In this document: in pieces, positions 18,405-28,758 of the stretch
Position numbering within the stretch: position 1 is the first letter of the stretch
Layout of the letters: the number at the start of each line of letters is the position of its first letter
Origin: Candidatus Poribacteria bacterium
Lineage (GTDB): Bacteria > Poribacteria > WGA-4E > WGA-3G
Reading direction: 5' to 3'
Assembly: GCA_965197475.1 (NCBI GenBank)
Contig: CBDANF010000003.1
Coordinates: 2,080,001-2,144,000 of the forward strand
Length of the DNA: 64,000 nucleotides
Position numbers and translations under genes: made by a program
The notes under the pieces: model-generated
Database searches by the model: none
The model's input: the letters and a program-made list of their open reading frames with translations, nothing else
Told to the model about the DNA's origin: nothing

Positions 18405-20173
18405 TATCCATTCAATAGTTCACGCGCATGGGCGAGACCAACTTCTGTCTCTTTTCCACCGTGCATACGTGCAATTTCCGTTACACGCTCGGATTCAGTC
18501 AACGGTTTGGCAGAAATCAAAGTTCGTTCACCTACAACCTCTTTCTCAACCAAGAAATGTCGATCAGCAAAACGGGCAATCTGTGGCAGATGTGTTATAC
18601 AGATAACTTGAGCAGACTCGGAAAGTTCCTTCAATTTCTTGCCAACAACATCTGCGATTTTACCGCCTATTCCGCTATCAATTTCATCAAAAAGTACGGT
18701 CGGAATACTATCAACCTGAACCAACACTGTTTTTAGGGCAAGCATGACACGGGATATCTCACCACCGGACGCAATTTTTGCCAGAGGACGCAACTCAGAA
18801 CCGACGTTAGGGGCAATCAAAAACTCAACTTTATCCATACCGTGCTCGCGAAAAGCATACCGTTTTCCATCAATTAAGAATAAACCGTTATCATCTCGGA
18901 AAGGCTCAACCGATGTCCGAAATTCTGCTTTTTCCATGCCTAATTCTTGGAGTTCCTTTTCAACTGACGCTGAAAGCCTTTCAGCAACTTTTTTGCGTTT
19001 ATCCGACAACGCAACACATAACTGCTGTGCCTCTTGTTTCATTTCACGAATTTGGTCTTTAAGAAAATCAATTTTTTCAGAACCGAGTTCTAAATCCTCC
19101 AATTTACGTTGTGCTTCGGCTTGGTAATTTAACATCTCTGAAATAGTGTTACCGTATCGTCTTTTGAATTTAGAAATAAGTTCTAATCGGTCCATTACTT
19201 CGGCAAGACGCATCGGATTGAACTCTACAGTGTCTGCGTACTGACGGATTTGTGATGCGATATCTTCAAGTTCGTATAACGAAGAATCTATTCGCTCGCT
19301 CAATTCAGAAAGATTAGCATCGATTTCAGACAATTTCGCAACGGATTTTACGGCATCCCTTAAATTTTGCAACACTGATACACCACTACCAGCATTTGTT
19401 CCTCCAAATATTCCCTGTTTATCACCATCAAGTTGGTCATATACATGATTTGCAGATTCATATAATTGTTCAGCGTTGCTGAGTATTCCTATCTCTGCTG
19501 TTAGTTCTTCCTCTTCACCTTCTTGAAGATCTGCTGATGCAAGTTCCTTAACCTCAAATTCAAGCAGTTCCTTTTCGCGTTCAGATGTTCTCAATGTATG
19601 TATGAGTGAATCCATCTCTCGTTGCAAATCAAGGAGATGGTGGTATTTTTCGCTAACTTGTTGCCGCTCTGTATCGGTTTCTCCGAAATCATCTAATAGT
19701 TCAAGATGTGTTTCAGTTCTAAACAATGATTGGTGTTCGTGTTGTCCATGAATATCAACCAGCACTGCGCCGAGTTCTTCAAGTTGTTTTAAATTTGCCA
19801 ACTCTCCGTTGATACGACAACGACTTCTGCCATTTGCACTTATTTGTCTGGAAAGAACCAAGGAACCGTCTGTTTCAGTAACTATTGGTACCGGCGATGA
19901 TGGCATAACACTGACTTCCACAGCCGCAAAGTCAGTGCCTTCCCGCACAATATCAGCAGATGTTCGTTCTCCTAAAACCAAGCCAATTGATTTGAGGATA
20001 ACTGATTTTCCTGCACCGGTCTCACCAGTAAAGATGTTCAATCCAGGTGAGAGCTCCAATTCCAATTCGTCTATCAGGGCAATATTGCGGATAGAGATCG
20101 CTTCTATCACGGGTTTTTCCTTGTTGTTTTCCTTACAAGTCCCTTCTGACAATGTTTTATTTGATTCTTTCAC
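18404..20173 (-). CDS. recN: DNA repair protein RecN
   Basis: GETGAGKS, IHGQHEHQ, ASGGE, FDEID and THLPQ motifs. The true start may be GTG at 20110. Confidence 0.95.
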   Translation of the reverse strand: MKESNKTLSEGTCKENNKEKPVIEAISIRNIALIDELELELSPGLNIFTGETGAGKSVILKSIGLVLGERTSADIVREGTDFAAVEVSVMPSSPVPIVTETDGSLVLSRQISANGRSRCRINGELANLKQLEELGAVLVDIHGQHEHQSLFRTETHLELLDDFGETDTERQQVSEKYHHLLDLQREMDSLIHTLRTSEREKELLEFEVKELASADLQEGEEEELTAEIGILSNAEQLYESANHVYDQLDGDKQGIFGGTNAGSGVSVLQNLRDAVKSVAKLSEIDANLSELSERIDSSLYELEDIASQIRQYADTVEFNPMRLAEVMDRLELISKFKRRYGNTISEMLNYQAEAQRKLEDLELGSEKIDFLKDQIREMKQEAQQLCVALSDKRKKVAERLSASVEKELQELGMEKAEFRTSVEPFRDDNGLFLIDGKRYAFREHGMDKVEFLIAPNVGSELRPLAKIASGGEISRVMLALKTVLVQVDSIPTVLFDEIDSGIGGKIADVVGKKLKELSESAQVICITHLPQIARFADRHFLVEKEVVGERTLISAKPLTESERVTEIARMHGGKETEVGLAHARELLNG

Positions 20174-21020
20174 CTAACATCAACTTTTCGCGCAATGCTT
20201 TGTAGTAACTATGACTTCGGGACCTGATAAGCTGAATTGTTCGTTTTGCCTTACGCACCTTTATTTCCGCTTCTCTTGCGAGGGTGTGTGTTTCGCGCTG
20301 TCCATCAATAAACAGGTCTAAGCTATCATAAGCAGAGTGCATCTCTACCTTTATCTCTGCATCACCGTGTGCGATAAAGGGACGCACAGTAAGACTATGC
20401 GGTGCAATGGGTGTTAGTAGAATTGCCTCCAATTGAGGTGCGACAATTGATCCATTACACGCAAGCGAATATCCTGTTGAACCACTTGGTGTGGCAATTA
20501 TCAATCCATCTGCCCTATACGGAATAAATAGTTCTCCATCAACGTACGCATCCAACTCAATTAGTCGTGTATAGTGCCGGATTACAACATCGTTCAGCGC
20601 GAATGCATGGAATGGACGCGGACTCTGACTATTGACGAAAACTTCCAACATCATTCGATGCTCTATCCGATAATCACCTTTTAATGTTGCCTTTAAGGTC
20701 GGTTTAAGTTCATCAAGCGATGCATCTGTTAGAAAACCGAGATGTCCAATATTGATAGCGAGGATCGGCACGTTTTCAATCTGTGGTGTATGGGCTGCAC
20801 TTAGAAGAGTCCCATCGCCGCCGAGGACAAGTACTATATCCGCCTCTTCTACCATTTCCGCGGTAGCGATTCCTGTTAGTGGGAGCCCGAGTGCTTTTGC
20901 TTGTTCATCAGGCACTAACGGAACCACCCCATCTTTCTTTAATAACTCCGACACGTCTGCTACGATTTGGGGTGCTTTCTCCTTAGTAGTGTTGACAAAA
21001 AAACCGACCTTTTTCGTCAT
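20157..21020 (-). CDS. nadK: NAD kinase
   Basis: GGDGT, GHLGFL, LND and TPSGSTGYSL motifs. ATG at 21020 overlaps the upstream stop. Confidence 0.95.
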   Translation of the reverse strand: MTKKVGFFVNTTKEKAPQIVADVSELLKKDGVVPLVPDEQAKALGLPLTGIATAEMVEEADIVLVLGGDGTLLSAAHTPQIENVPILAINIGHLGFLTDASLDELKPTLKATLKGDYRIEHRMMLEVFVNSQSPRPFHAFALNDVVIRHYTRLIELDAYVDGELFIPYRADGLIIATPSGSTGYSLACNGSIVAPQLEAILLTPIAPHSLTVRPFIAHGDAEIKVEMHSAYDSLDLFIDGQRETHTLAREAEIKVRKAKRTIQLIRSRSHSYYKALREKLMLGERIK

Positions 21021-22015
21021 CCCATCTCCTTTTCTAATCGGGAAAACCCAAAGATAATCACACATCCAACCAGAAAAACACACACTGTAATAAGCAAATT
21101 CATGTCAAGTTGTGGTAGCAGATGTGCCGTATCATAGCGTTTTTCCCCAACTATCACTGCATCGCGAAATGGCCATAAACCATACAAAGAACCCACCATT
21201 AAACCTATTAAAAAAGCGATTGTCAGATTGCGGTAGCGTTCCAGCAGAAAGTTTAGAAGCCTTGTAAATGCTAATACACCAAACAGACAACCGAGTGCAA
21301 AAAAAACGAGTATCAGTAGATTATCCAGAAATGACTGACTTATGTCTCCCTTCAATATAGTTGGGATACCGTCCATAAAATTACTAATCGTGGTTAAAAG
21401 CGGGAAATACACACCGAATGCAACTAATAGAAACGAACCACTGATACCGGGGAGAACCATTGCGGAAATAGCCAACGCGCCACATACAAAAAACATTGTG
21501 AGCGTTCCGACCGTGACTTCTAACCCAATATTTACCTCTGATGCGCTACCCGCAGCAGTTTTTTTGAATTCTTCCACAAAAACAATCAGTGAAATTGCTA
21601 CGAGCAAGATTAGCAGTTCTTTCCAACTGAATCCTTTTAGCATCCGCACTGGTATCAAAATAGATGTTAAGACCAAACCGCAAAAGAAGCCATAAGTCGT
21701 ATCATGCTGAGAATCCAAAAGATAAGCAATTAGTTTTGTCGATAGCAATACTGCGGCGACAGCACCAATTCCTAATATCGTTAGAAAACTGAAGTCAATA
21801 CGGCGGAGTTCATCTCGAAAATCCAAGAATGCTGTCTTTCTAAAGGTAAAAATGTTAAGCAGTCGCTTCACAGTCGCAAGTCCGATGTTGCGTAATGCTG
21901 TGATTAAGCGTTCATAAATTCCTAAAATAAGGGCGAGAGTGCCACCACTCATACCCGGAATAATGTTGGCGATGCCTATCAGAAAGCCGTTAACAAATAG
22001 ACGGAGTGCATTCAT
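21017..22015 (-). CDS. DUF368 family membrane protein (undecaprenyl-phosphate translocase family)
   Basis: IPGMSGGT and AMVLPGISGS repeats, GLMVGSL..LWPF. Confidence 0.9.
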   Translation of the reverse strand: MNALRLFVNGFLIGIANIIPGMSGGTLALILGIYERLITALRNIGLATVKRLLNIFTFRKTAFLDFRDELRRIDFSFLTILGIGAVAAVLLSTKLIAYLLDSQHDTTYGFFCGLVLTSILIPVRMLKGFSWKELLILLVAISLIVFVEEFKKTAAGSASEVNIGLEVTVGTLTMFFVCGALAISAMVLPGISGSFLLVAFGVYFPLLTTISNFMDGIPTILKGDISQSFLDNLLILVFFALGCLFGVLAFTRLLNFLLERYRNLTIAFLIGLMVGSLYGLWPFRDAVIVGEKRYDTAHLLPQLDMNLLITVCVFLVGCVIIFGFSRLEKEMG

Positions 22016-22597
22016 ATTTTGGTGTGTTGAGATCAGTCAGTTTCTAATATTATAGCATCTGTCTCACTACAATTTCTCCGTTTCAGTAAGCAGTGTTCAT
22101 AGTTTCGTTTATGCTTTTTTAAAACACTGTCAGAAATTATACTACAAAACCCAAATTATGTCAACCGTTTATATTTATATAAAGGTATTCAGAAAATAAG
22201 ACGAATTTTAGAAACGATATGTTGATTGTACCAAAAGATATTCTTGATTGCCAATCGTTTTCAGTTTCGTATTAGTTATTATACAGACCAGATTCCTATC
22301 AGAATCGCTTTTCTTAGCATTAATTTATGTTTTCCGATAAGCTTTACCGCTAATACCACTCAATTATGGCTAAAATACGAGAATTGGCGTATTTGAAGGA
22401 TATTAGATTAACGTGAGTTCGTAATAATACCATTTCTGAAAATTTCAGAGTATTCAGGGTAAAGTGCAAAACATTTTGATGTGGTTTTCGGTTCAAGAAC
22501 CCGACATATTCTTAATAATTTGCCGAATATCACATATAACATATCATATAATAAGCCATAGTATAATTATAAGCATTCGTAACATATAGATATACTT

Positions 22598-22712
22598 AAT
22601 AATGAGACTCAATATCATATCCATTTAATAATACTGAGTCTCATTATCATATTTATTAAACGAGAATGAGACTCAATTACGATAAATCTAAATGATAATA
22701 AGTTTCATTCTC
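22598..22712. promoter_or_regulatory. Array of four Fur-like 19-bp palindromes with 32-bp period
   Basis: Boxes start at 22598, 22630, 22662 and 22694. Local consensus GATAATGAG-W-CTCATTATC. Confidence 0.75.
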
Positions 22713-23035
22713 ATTTAGATAAAGTTACCAACGTTAAATCAAAATGCCATTTTCGTGACAACAATTCAAAATTTACTATAGTGTTAAAATTGGGTTTATT
22801 TTTCAAATTATCTGTTTTCTGCCGAATTTAAATTCTGTATATTGCCGTGGTTTCTCAGAAAAATACATATTAATCCTCACAAAACCTTATTAACGTCTAT
22901 CTTCAAAATCCCTCTGCGAATTTAGATGTTATGATTTCGAGATATTTAAAACAAATCTATTGACTTTCACACCTGATAATATGATACACTATGCAAAAAT
23001 TCTCATTCAATCCTGAACAGTAAAGGTAAACACTT

Positions 23036-23953
23036 ATGAACTTCCCAATCTTGTCCGAATCAAAACGTATTGAGATGTTGCAACCTCCACAGGGACGTGT
23101 GCGGATGGTACTTGACACAGACACATACAATGAAATTGACGATCAGTTTGCAGTCGTTCACGCGCTTCTCTCACCAGAACAACTCAACGTTGAAGCGATA
23201 TACGCTGCTCCTTTTCACAACAACCGTTCAGCGAATCCCGAAGATGGAATGGAAAAAAGTTATGACGAGATTTTGCGGCTTTTGGACTTTCTTGAAGTCA
23301 AATCTGATGGTTTTGTTTATCGCGGTTCAAAGGGATTTCTCTCTGATGGAGAAACACCTTTACCAAGCGAAGCAGCGACAGATATGGTTGAACGAGCAAT
23401 GGCAAATACAGACGAACCTCTCTATATTGTTGCTGTTGGTGCTATAACCAACGTTGCTTCTGCAATCTTACTTGAACCGAAAATTATCAAAAAGGCAGTC
23501 GTCGTATGGCTTGGTGGTAATCCGCTATATTGGTCTCATACCCGAGAGTTCAACCTTGCACAAGACATTCACGGAGCGCGAGTGGTCCTCAATAGTGGTG
23601 TGCCGTTTGTACATCTACCCGCACGCGGAGTTGTCTCGCACCTGTTAACAACAGTGTCAGAAATGGAGCGTTATGTCCAAGGACAGGGAAAAATTGGTGA
23701 CTACCTTGTTGAAATTTTCAAAGATTACCACAAAGACCACTTTGCTTGGTCAAAGGTTATATGGGATATATCTGCCACCTCTTATCTTGTGAATAACAGC
23801 TGGGTGCCAACAGAAATTGTGCATAGTCCTATTCTGACAGATGCTGTAACGTGGAGTTTTGATAACAGTCGGCACCTCATGCGTGTTGCGACGGGTGTGA
23901 ATCGGGATGCGATCTTCCGTGACCTATTCCAAAAGTTACAGCGGGCTAATTAA
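23036..23953 (+). CDS. Inosine/uridine-preferring nucleoside hydrolase family
   Basis: DTDTYNEIDD Asp cluster, GAITN, EFN and IWD motifs. Confidence 0.9.
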   Translation: MNFPILSESKRIEMLQPPQGRVRMVLDTDTYNEIDDQFAVVHALLSPEQLNVEAIYAAPFHNNRSANPEDGMEKSYDEILRLLDFLEVKSDGFVYRGSKGFLSDGETPLPSEAATDMVERAMANTDEPLYIVAVGAITNVASAILLEPKIIKKAVVVWLGGNPLYWSHTREFNLAQDIHGARVVLNSGVPFVHLPARGVVSHLLTTVSEMERYVQGQGKIGDYLVEIFKDYHKDHFAWSKVIWDISATSYLVNNSWVPTEIVHSPILTDAVTWSFDNSRHLMRVATGVNRDAIFRDLFQKLQRAN

Positions 23954-24057
23954 GATCAGTTTTTCTACAATAGACAGTTGGATTTCCCAAAATGTCTTAT
24001 AATCCTATAATTCCGAGAATCCAGTGAATCCTGGTTCAGACATAACCATAATTTCTC

Positions 24058-24135
24058 CAGAAACATTCAATTGTTGATATTTATTCCTATATGAATTATA
24101 GATACCAACCCATTTTCAACAATTGAATGCCTCTG
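24058..24135. mobile_element. 78-bp MITE derived from an ISAs1-family element
   Basis: 20-bp TIRs cagaaacattcaattgttga / tcaacaattgaatgcctctg (18/20). The right end shares 17 bp with the ISAs1 remnant end at 47398-47414. Confidence 0.7.
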
Positions 24136-24290
24136 ATTCGTACACCTTTTTCTTGAAAAAAGATCTGTATTCTGTTAAAATCATAGAAATAAGTTAAACT
24201 TGTTTACAGATACATTCAAACGGTCTGAGAGTTCTTTATACCGTACTCCTACGATTCGTGTTCCTGCCTTTATTCACAACGGAGATAATC

Positions 24291-25175
24291 ATGGATACAC
24301 TGAACGATTTCAGAATCAAACAAAATAAATATATCCCCAACTTTCCTAAAGCAAATGGGAAACCGACCATTTACATAGAAGGCTATCCGTGTGAGGACGA
24401 TGAACCTATGGCCGCAACCGATTTTCACGCTGAGCAGATAACTACGTTCTCCGACCAACTCAAGCGATATTTCGCAATCAACGAACTAATCCACATTGGC
24501 GTTGACAGTTTTATCTATTATAGCGAAGGGGATATCACAAAAGTTGTCGCACCTGATATCTACATCGTTTTTGGTGTAGAAAAATATCCGCTACGTCGTA
24601 GTTTCTATACGTGGGCGGAAGGGACAGTACCTATAGCGGTTTTTGAGTTTCTCTCTGACTCAACTGCGCGTCTGGATCGGCAGAAAAAAGTAGACTTGTA
24701 TATGACAGAAATAGGAGTTCAAGAATACTTTATCCACCAACCTGAAATGGAGAAACCTGCGGAATTTCGTGGTTGGCAGCGAAGTACTTCTGGGAATTAT
24801 ACTGAGATTGTGCCTGATGCCGAAGGTGGATTGTTCAGTAATGCGTTAAATCTCTGGTTTCGATGGAAAGATGACCTAACGACACATGTGAGACTGTTGC
24901 GCCCGTCCCTTCCTGATGGCACGCCTATAACAACTTCTATGGAGGAAGAACAACTCCGGAAGCAAGAAAGACAACTGCGAGAGCAAGAACAAAACCTTCG
25001 TATCCAAGAACAACACCTACGAGAAGAAGCAGAAGCGATGGCAGCAGAAGAAGCAGAACGACGACAAGCAGCAGAGGCACTTGCTAAACAGGAAACTGAA
25101 CGGTGTCAGGAGTTAGAAACTGAGTTAGAACAACTTCGTACCCAAATCGCTAATAACGAAAATGGAACCTCTTGA
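24291..25175 (+). CDS. Uma2 (DUF820) family PD-(D/E)XK nuclease-like protein with a C-terminal coiled coil
   Basis: VAPDIYIV, VFEFLSDST and GVQEYF motifs, E/Q/R heptad tail. RBS ggag. Confidence 0.9.
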   Translation: MDTLNDFRIKQNKYIPNFPKANGKPTIYIEGYPCEDDEPMAATDFHAEQITTFSDQLKRYFAINELIHIGVDSFIYYSEGDITKVVAPDIYIVFGVEKYPLRRSFYTWAEGTVPIAVFEFLSDSTARLDRQKKVDLYMTEIGVQEYFIHQPEMEKPAEFRGWQRSTSGNYTEIVPDAEGGLFSNALNLWFRWKDDLTTHVRLLRPSLPDGTPITTSMEEEQLRKQERQLREQEQNLRIQEQHLREEAEAMAAEEAERRQAAEALAKQETERCQELETELEQLRTQIANNENGTS

Positions 25176-25236
25176 CATATTCGAGACATAATAGCACACC
25201 CAGCGCGTTCCGTCAGTATTTGACACATCTGCACCG

Positions 25237-25521
25237 TTAAAGAGATTTTAAGCAATTTTGCCGTTCCTCCCAATCTGGTAAATACGCTGACATATACCCC
25301 TTAAACAACTGACCGTGATTCGGCACAAGTAGATGCACTAATTCATGCACAATCACAAATTCTGCCAACGTTTCTGGTAGATTAAGCAACTCTGTGTTGA
25401 GCGTCAATCTACCTTTGGTTGATATAGATGCCCATTTTCGTCGCATGGCGCGCAAATGCACCTCCCGCACCTCAACACCAATGCGGTCTGACCATTGCCA
25501 CACAACATCTTTCAAATCCAT
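25237..25521 (-). CDS. Short YgjP/DUF45-like zincin protein
   Basis: MRRKWAS, VHELVHL..PNHG..F motifs, directly after hsdR. Confidence 0.85.
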   Translation of the reverse strand: MDLKDVVWQWSDRIGVEVREVHLRAMRRKWASISTKGRLTLNTELLNLPETLAEFVIVHELVHLLVPNHGQLFKGYMSAYLPDWEERQNCLKSL

Positions 25522-25546
25522 CGGGTTATCCCATGCTTTTCGGTTT

Positions 25547-28420
25547 TCATATCCGTTTCAACTTTAGCAATTTGTTAGTTGTTTCAATCAGATTTTTTGT
25601 CCCAACTGTTGGGCTTAATGTTTTATAGAGCATACTGCGTAACTCTTTTGCTTGGTGTTTGTCCCACTGATGGTCAGGGTATTTTTCAAAGATTTGATTG
25701 ACGGCTTGTGCTTGTTCTGGTGTAATATCTTCTCTAACATTTCTGAGGACTGTATAGATGGCAAAAGCGTTATCATCCAATTCAGTCTGGTTTTGTTCTC
25801 TTTCAGCGCGTGAAACTTCTTCAGCAAACTTCATCAACTCAGTTAATGCATCTTTTGTTCCTAACTGACGATTGTCATAGGTTTCTATAGCTGCTTCTGC
25901 GCGTTCGCCAATTGGGATCAGAAACGGTTTTGATTCCCCTTCCTTGATTACTGTTTGCCGCAGTGCTTTCCGCAAATTCATCACTTTAACCGCATCAGAT
26001 ACATCGCTCTGATCTATTTCCTTCAAAGTGGTTTCGTTCAATTCATAAATATCATCGGGTAATTCTAATATATTGCCTTCCGTATGCGCTTGCAACAGTT
26101 CCTGTGTTTTAGCGGTTAACTCTTTATCAACGGAAATATTGTCAGAATTTGCATTACGAATTAATCTATATAGCGATGCAAGAGTTTGGTAATCCTCTAA
26201 AAATGGGTGTAAGAAGGGATCAGGTGAAAGGATGTTATAGAGATTCTGTAACTGTTTGAAGAACGTGAAAAATGCTTCTCGGACATCCTTATCTGCAAAA
26301 TGTTCAATCGCGCGTTCTATTGCTTTATCGTCCGTTCCTTCGGCAAAGGGTAAATATTGTTGTGCGTCTTCACGCATCATCTCTGCAAATCTATCTTTCA
26401 GTTCATCAATGTTTTGAATTACGCTTTCCACTTCGTCAGAATCAAAGACGAGTGCCTTTTTCATGTTTTCAAAGATACCGACAAAATCAAATACAAACCC
26501 CGCGGGTTTTAGCAATCCATCCTCATCTTCATAAGGTCGATTGACACGCGCAATTGCCTGTAACAACACATGGTCACGCATCGGTTTATCAAGATACATG
26601 CAGTAAAGGATCGGTGCATCAAATCCAGTCAATAATTTTTGGGTCACAATCAGTATTTTCGGTTGTTCGTTTTTGTCAATGAATTGCTTACGAATTTCTT
26701 TCTCTTGATCTGGTGTGTGGTGGAATGATTTCATCAGTTCGGAGTCGTTATTGTTGTGAGAGTAGACTACCTCCGAATATTCTGGTGATAGGTGCTTATC
26801 CAATTCTTCTTTGTAAAGGGCGCACGCCTCACGGTCTACTCCGACCAGAAACGCCTTGAATCCCATCGGCTCAATTCTTTCCTTGAAATCTTTTGCTACA
26901 AACTTAGCAATTTCTGCCACCCTATTAGGTGCTTTCATTATCGCTTTTAGATTGACAGCGCGGTCAAGGATTGCGTTCAGTTCGTCTGGGTCGCTAACGC
27001 CTTCCGCTTCTGCAAGGCTTAGAAATTCCTGATCTAATATCTCTGGATCCACCCGTAATCCAGATGGTGCAAGGGCGTAGTTTAACCTTAAAGTTGTGCC
27101 ATCTTCAATAGATTCCGCGATACCATATTTATCAAGATATCCCTGTTCATCATCTTTGCCGAATACTTTGAAAGTGCCTTCACCTTTAGAAAGGTTATCA
27201 ATCGGTGTACCAGTAAATCCGATATAGGTTGCATTCGGCACGGCAGCCATTAAGTAATTTCCAAAGTCACCACCTGTGGTTCTGTGTGCTTCGTCAATTA
27301 AGACAATTACGCTCTCGCGGGTATTGAGATCTGCTGGTCTCTTGTCGAATTTATGAATCATGGACACAATCAAACCGCGATAATCGGATGCTAAAGCATC
27401 TTCCAAGTCATTCTTGCTCTCTGCTACTCTGGAGGTTGAAAAACCGTAAGCGGTGAGATTTTTAAAGAGTTGGCTTTCTAATTCATTGCGGTCAACAATC
27501 ATTAGCACGGTAGGCTTTTCAGACTGCTTTCCACCGCGCAGGAGTCGTGATGCAATTGAAATCATAGTGAGAGTCTTACCGCTGCCCTGTGTATGCCAAA
27601 CAAGCCCGCGCCGTTTGTTCTGATCGTTAACCCGATCAATCACTTTTTCTATTGCGCGCGTTTGGTGTTGACGCAACACAACTTTAGAAAGTTGGTTATC
27701 TCTACTCTGAAAAATAATAGACCGCTGCAATTCATAAAGTATACGTTCGCGCTGGAAAAAAGTCTTTACCTTCTGTTCATAGTTTGCAGACTCATCTGTT
27801 TTCCAATCGAAGATATTTTTGCGGTTGGTGTTCCACGTCACGCTATAGAGGAGGTTTTTTAGGTCCGTGACACCAAATAGTTGCGCAGTGGTAAACATCT
27901 CAGGTGTTTCGCGATGGTAGCGGCGAATTTGATCCACCCCTTGGGCTAATCCATCCCGTTTCTTTGCGGATTTTGTTTCTACTACTGCAATCGGTATTCC
28001 GTTAATGAGAAATACAACATCAGCGCGATTGGTGTGGACAACACCTTGTTGCACCCATTCATCGGTAACATGAAACAGGTTATTGTCGGGGTTCTCAAAA
28101 TCTATCAGGGTAACGTTGCGTTGGCGGTTTTCACTGTGAACAAAAGTTGACTCTCTACCGTGCATCCATGAAAGTGCGTCCTGATTTCCCTCAAGTGTGG
28201 ATTTAAGCAAATCAAGCAGCCGCATAACATCATCGCAGTTGGAGTCGTCTACGACATCCTTGTTAAGTTTTAAGAGTTGCGCTTTTAGCACATCCGTAAA
28301 ATAGCGCGCGGAGGTATTGCCGCCCCGCATACGTCTTGCATCTGATGGCGAAATATATTGCCAACCGATTTCATTGGCGTATTTGAGTAGTGGGTCTTGG
28401 ACTGCGGAACGTTCAGACAT
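25547..28420 (-). CDS. hsdR: Type I restriction endonuclease subunit R
   Basis: RADVVFLINGIP..VETK, WHTQGSGKT, DEAHR, FTGTP, LTGFDAP and QAIARVNR motifs. Confidence 0.97.
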   Translation of the reverse strand: MSERSAVQDPLLKYANEIGWQYISPSDARRMRGGNTSARYFTDVLKAQLLKLNKDVVDDSNCDDVMRLLDLLKSTLEGNQDALSWMHGRESTFVHSENRQRNVTLIDFENPDNNLFHVTDEWVQQGVVHTNRADVVFLINGIPIAVVETKSAKKRDGLAQGVDQIRRYHRETPEMFTTAQLFGVTDLKNLLYSVTWNTNRKNIFDWKTDESANYEQKVKTFFQRERILYELQRSIIFQSRDNQLSKVVLRQHQTRAIEKVIDRVNDQNKRRGLVWHTQGSGKTLTMISIASRLLRGGKQSEKPTVLMIVDRNELESQLFKNLTAYGFSTSRVAESKNDLEDALASDYRGLIVSMIHKFDKRPADLNTRESVIVLIDEAHRTTGGDFGNYLMAAVPNATYIGFTGTPIDNLSKGEGTFKVFGKDDEQGYLDKYGIAESIEDGTTLRLNYALAPSGLRVDPEILDQEFLSLAEAEGVSDPDELNAILDRAVNLKAIMKAPNRVAEIAKFVAKDFKERIEPMGFKAFLVGVDREACALYKEELDKHLSPEYSEVVYSHNNNDSELMKSFHHTPDQEKEIRKQFIDKNEQPKILIVTQKLLTGFDAPILYCMYLDKPMRDHVLLQAIARVNRPYEDEDGLLKPAGFVFDFVGIFENMKKALVFDSDEVESVIQNIDELKDRFAEMMREDAQQYLPFAEGTDDKAIERAIEHFADKDVREAFFTFFKQLQNLYNILSPDPFLHPFLEDYQTLASLYRLIRNANSDNISVDKELTAKTQELLQAHTEGNILELPDDIYELNETTLKEIDQSDVSDAVKVMNLRKALRQTVIKEGESKPFLIPIGERAEAAIETYDNRQLGTKDALTELMKFAEEVSRAEREQNQTELDDNAFAIYTVLRNVREDITPEQAQAVNQIFEKYPDHQWDKHQAKELRSMLYKTLSPTVGTKNLIETTNKLLKLKRI

Positions 28421-28470
28421 AACTGTCTCCGAATTGAGAGATTAACTAAATAAAAATATGCAACGTAACT

Positions 28471-28758
28471 TTATTCTTCCTCTTCTGCCTCAGAAACGCG
28501 ATGGGAACGAATTTCTTGAATATGTTTTACACCTTCAGATATATCAAGTACTGCAATTAACACATGCCATAAACCGATGATAGTTACTCCATGGTGACTC
28601 CTTAGATTCAATGCTTTGATATCTTCTAAAAAAGGTGGCAAAACTTCAATCAAACCTGTGATAACGAGAAAAACGCCAAAGAAAAAATTCAGAATTGCAA
28701 CAATTATTTTCCATTTTTTATTCTTCATGTGAAATTTTATCATTTTTGTAAGAACCAC
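28471..28758 (-). CDS. Small two-TM membrane protein inserted between hsdS and hsdR
   Basis: Two hydrophobic stretches, AT-rich, co-oriented with the operon. Start is uncertain. Confidence 0.55.
   Translation of the reverse strand: MVLTKMIKFHMKNKKWKIIVAILNFFFGVFLVITGLIEVLPPFLEDIKALNLRSHHGVTIIGLWHVLIAVLDISEGVKHIQEIRSHRVSEAEEEE

Noticed and set aside
14039-20177. Numerous 60-150 aa ORFs antisense to or nested in aroE, IOR and recN (similar ones occur throughout the window)
   Set aside because: They are shadow ORFs of well-supported genes, with no motifs or RBS.
22409-22419. taacgtgagtt matching 58160-58170 in inverted orientation, as IS ends
   Set aside because: An 11-bp match is expected by chance in 64 kb, and neither copy has a local partner end.
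22598-22712. Reading the 32-bp periodic array as a mini-CRISPR
   Set aside because: The spacers are only 13 bp, the repeats are degenerate 19-bp palindromes, and there are no cas genes.
22016-23035. AT-rich 1-kb gap as oriC or a dif site
   Set aside because: I found no cluster of TTATCCACA boxes. A XerD-like arm (atatgttatat, minus strand near 22534-22544) has no convincing XerC arm.
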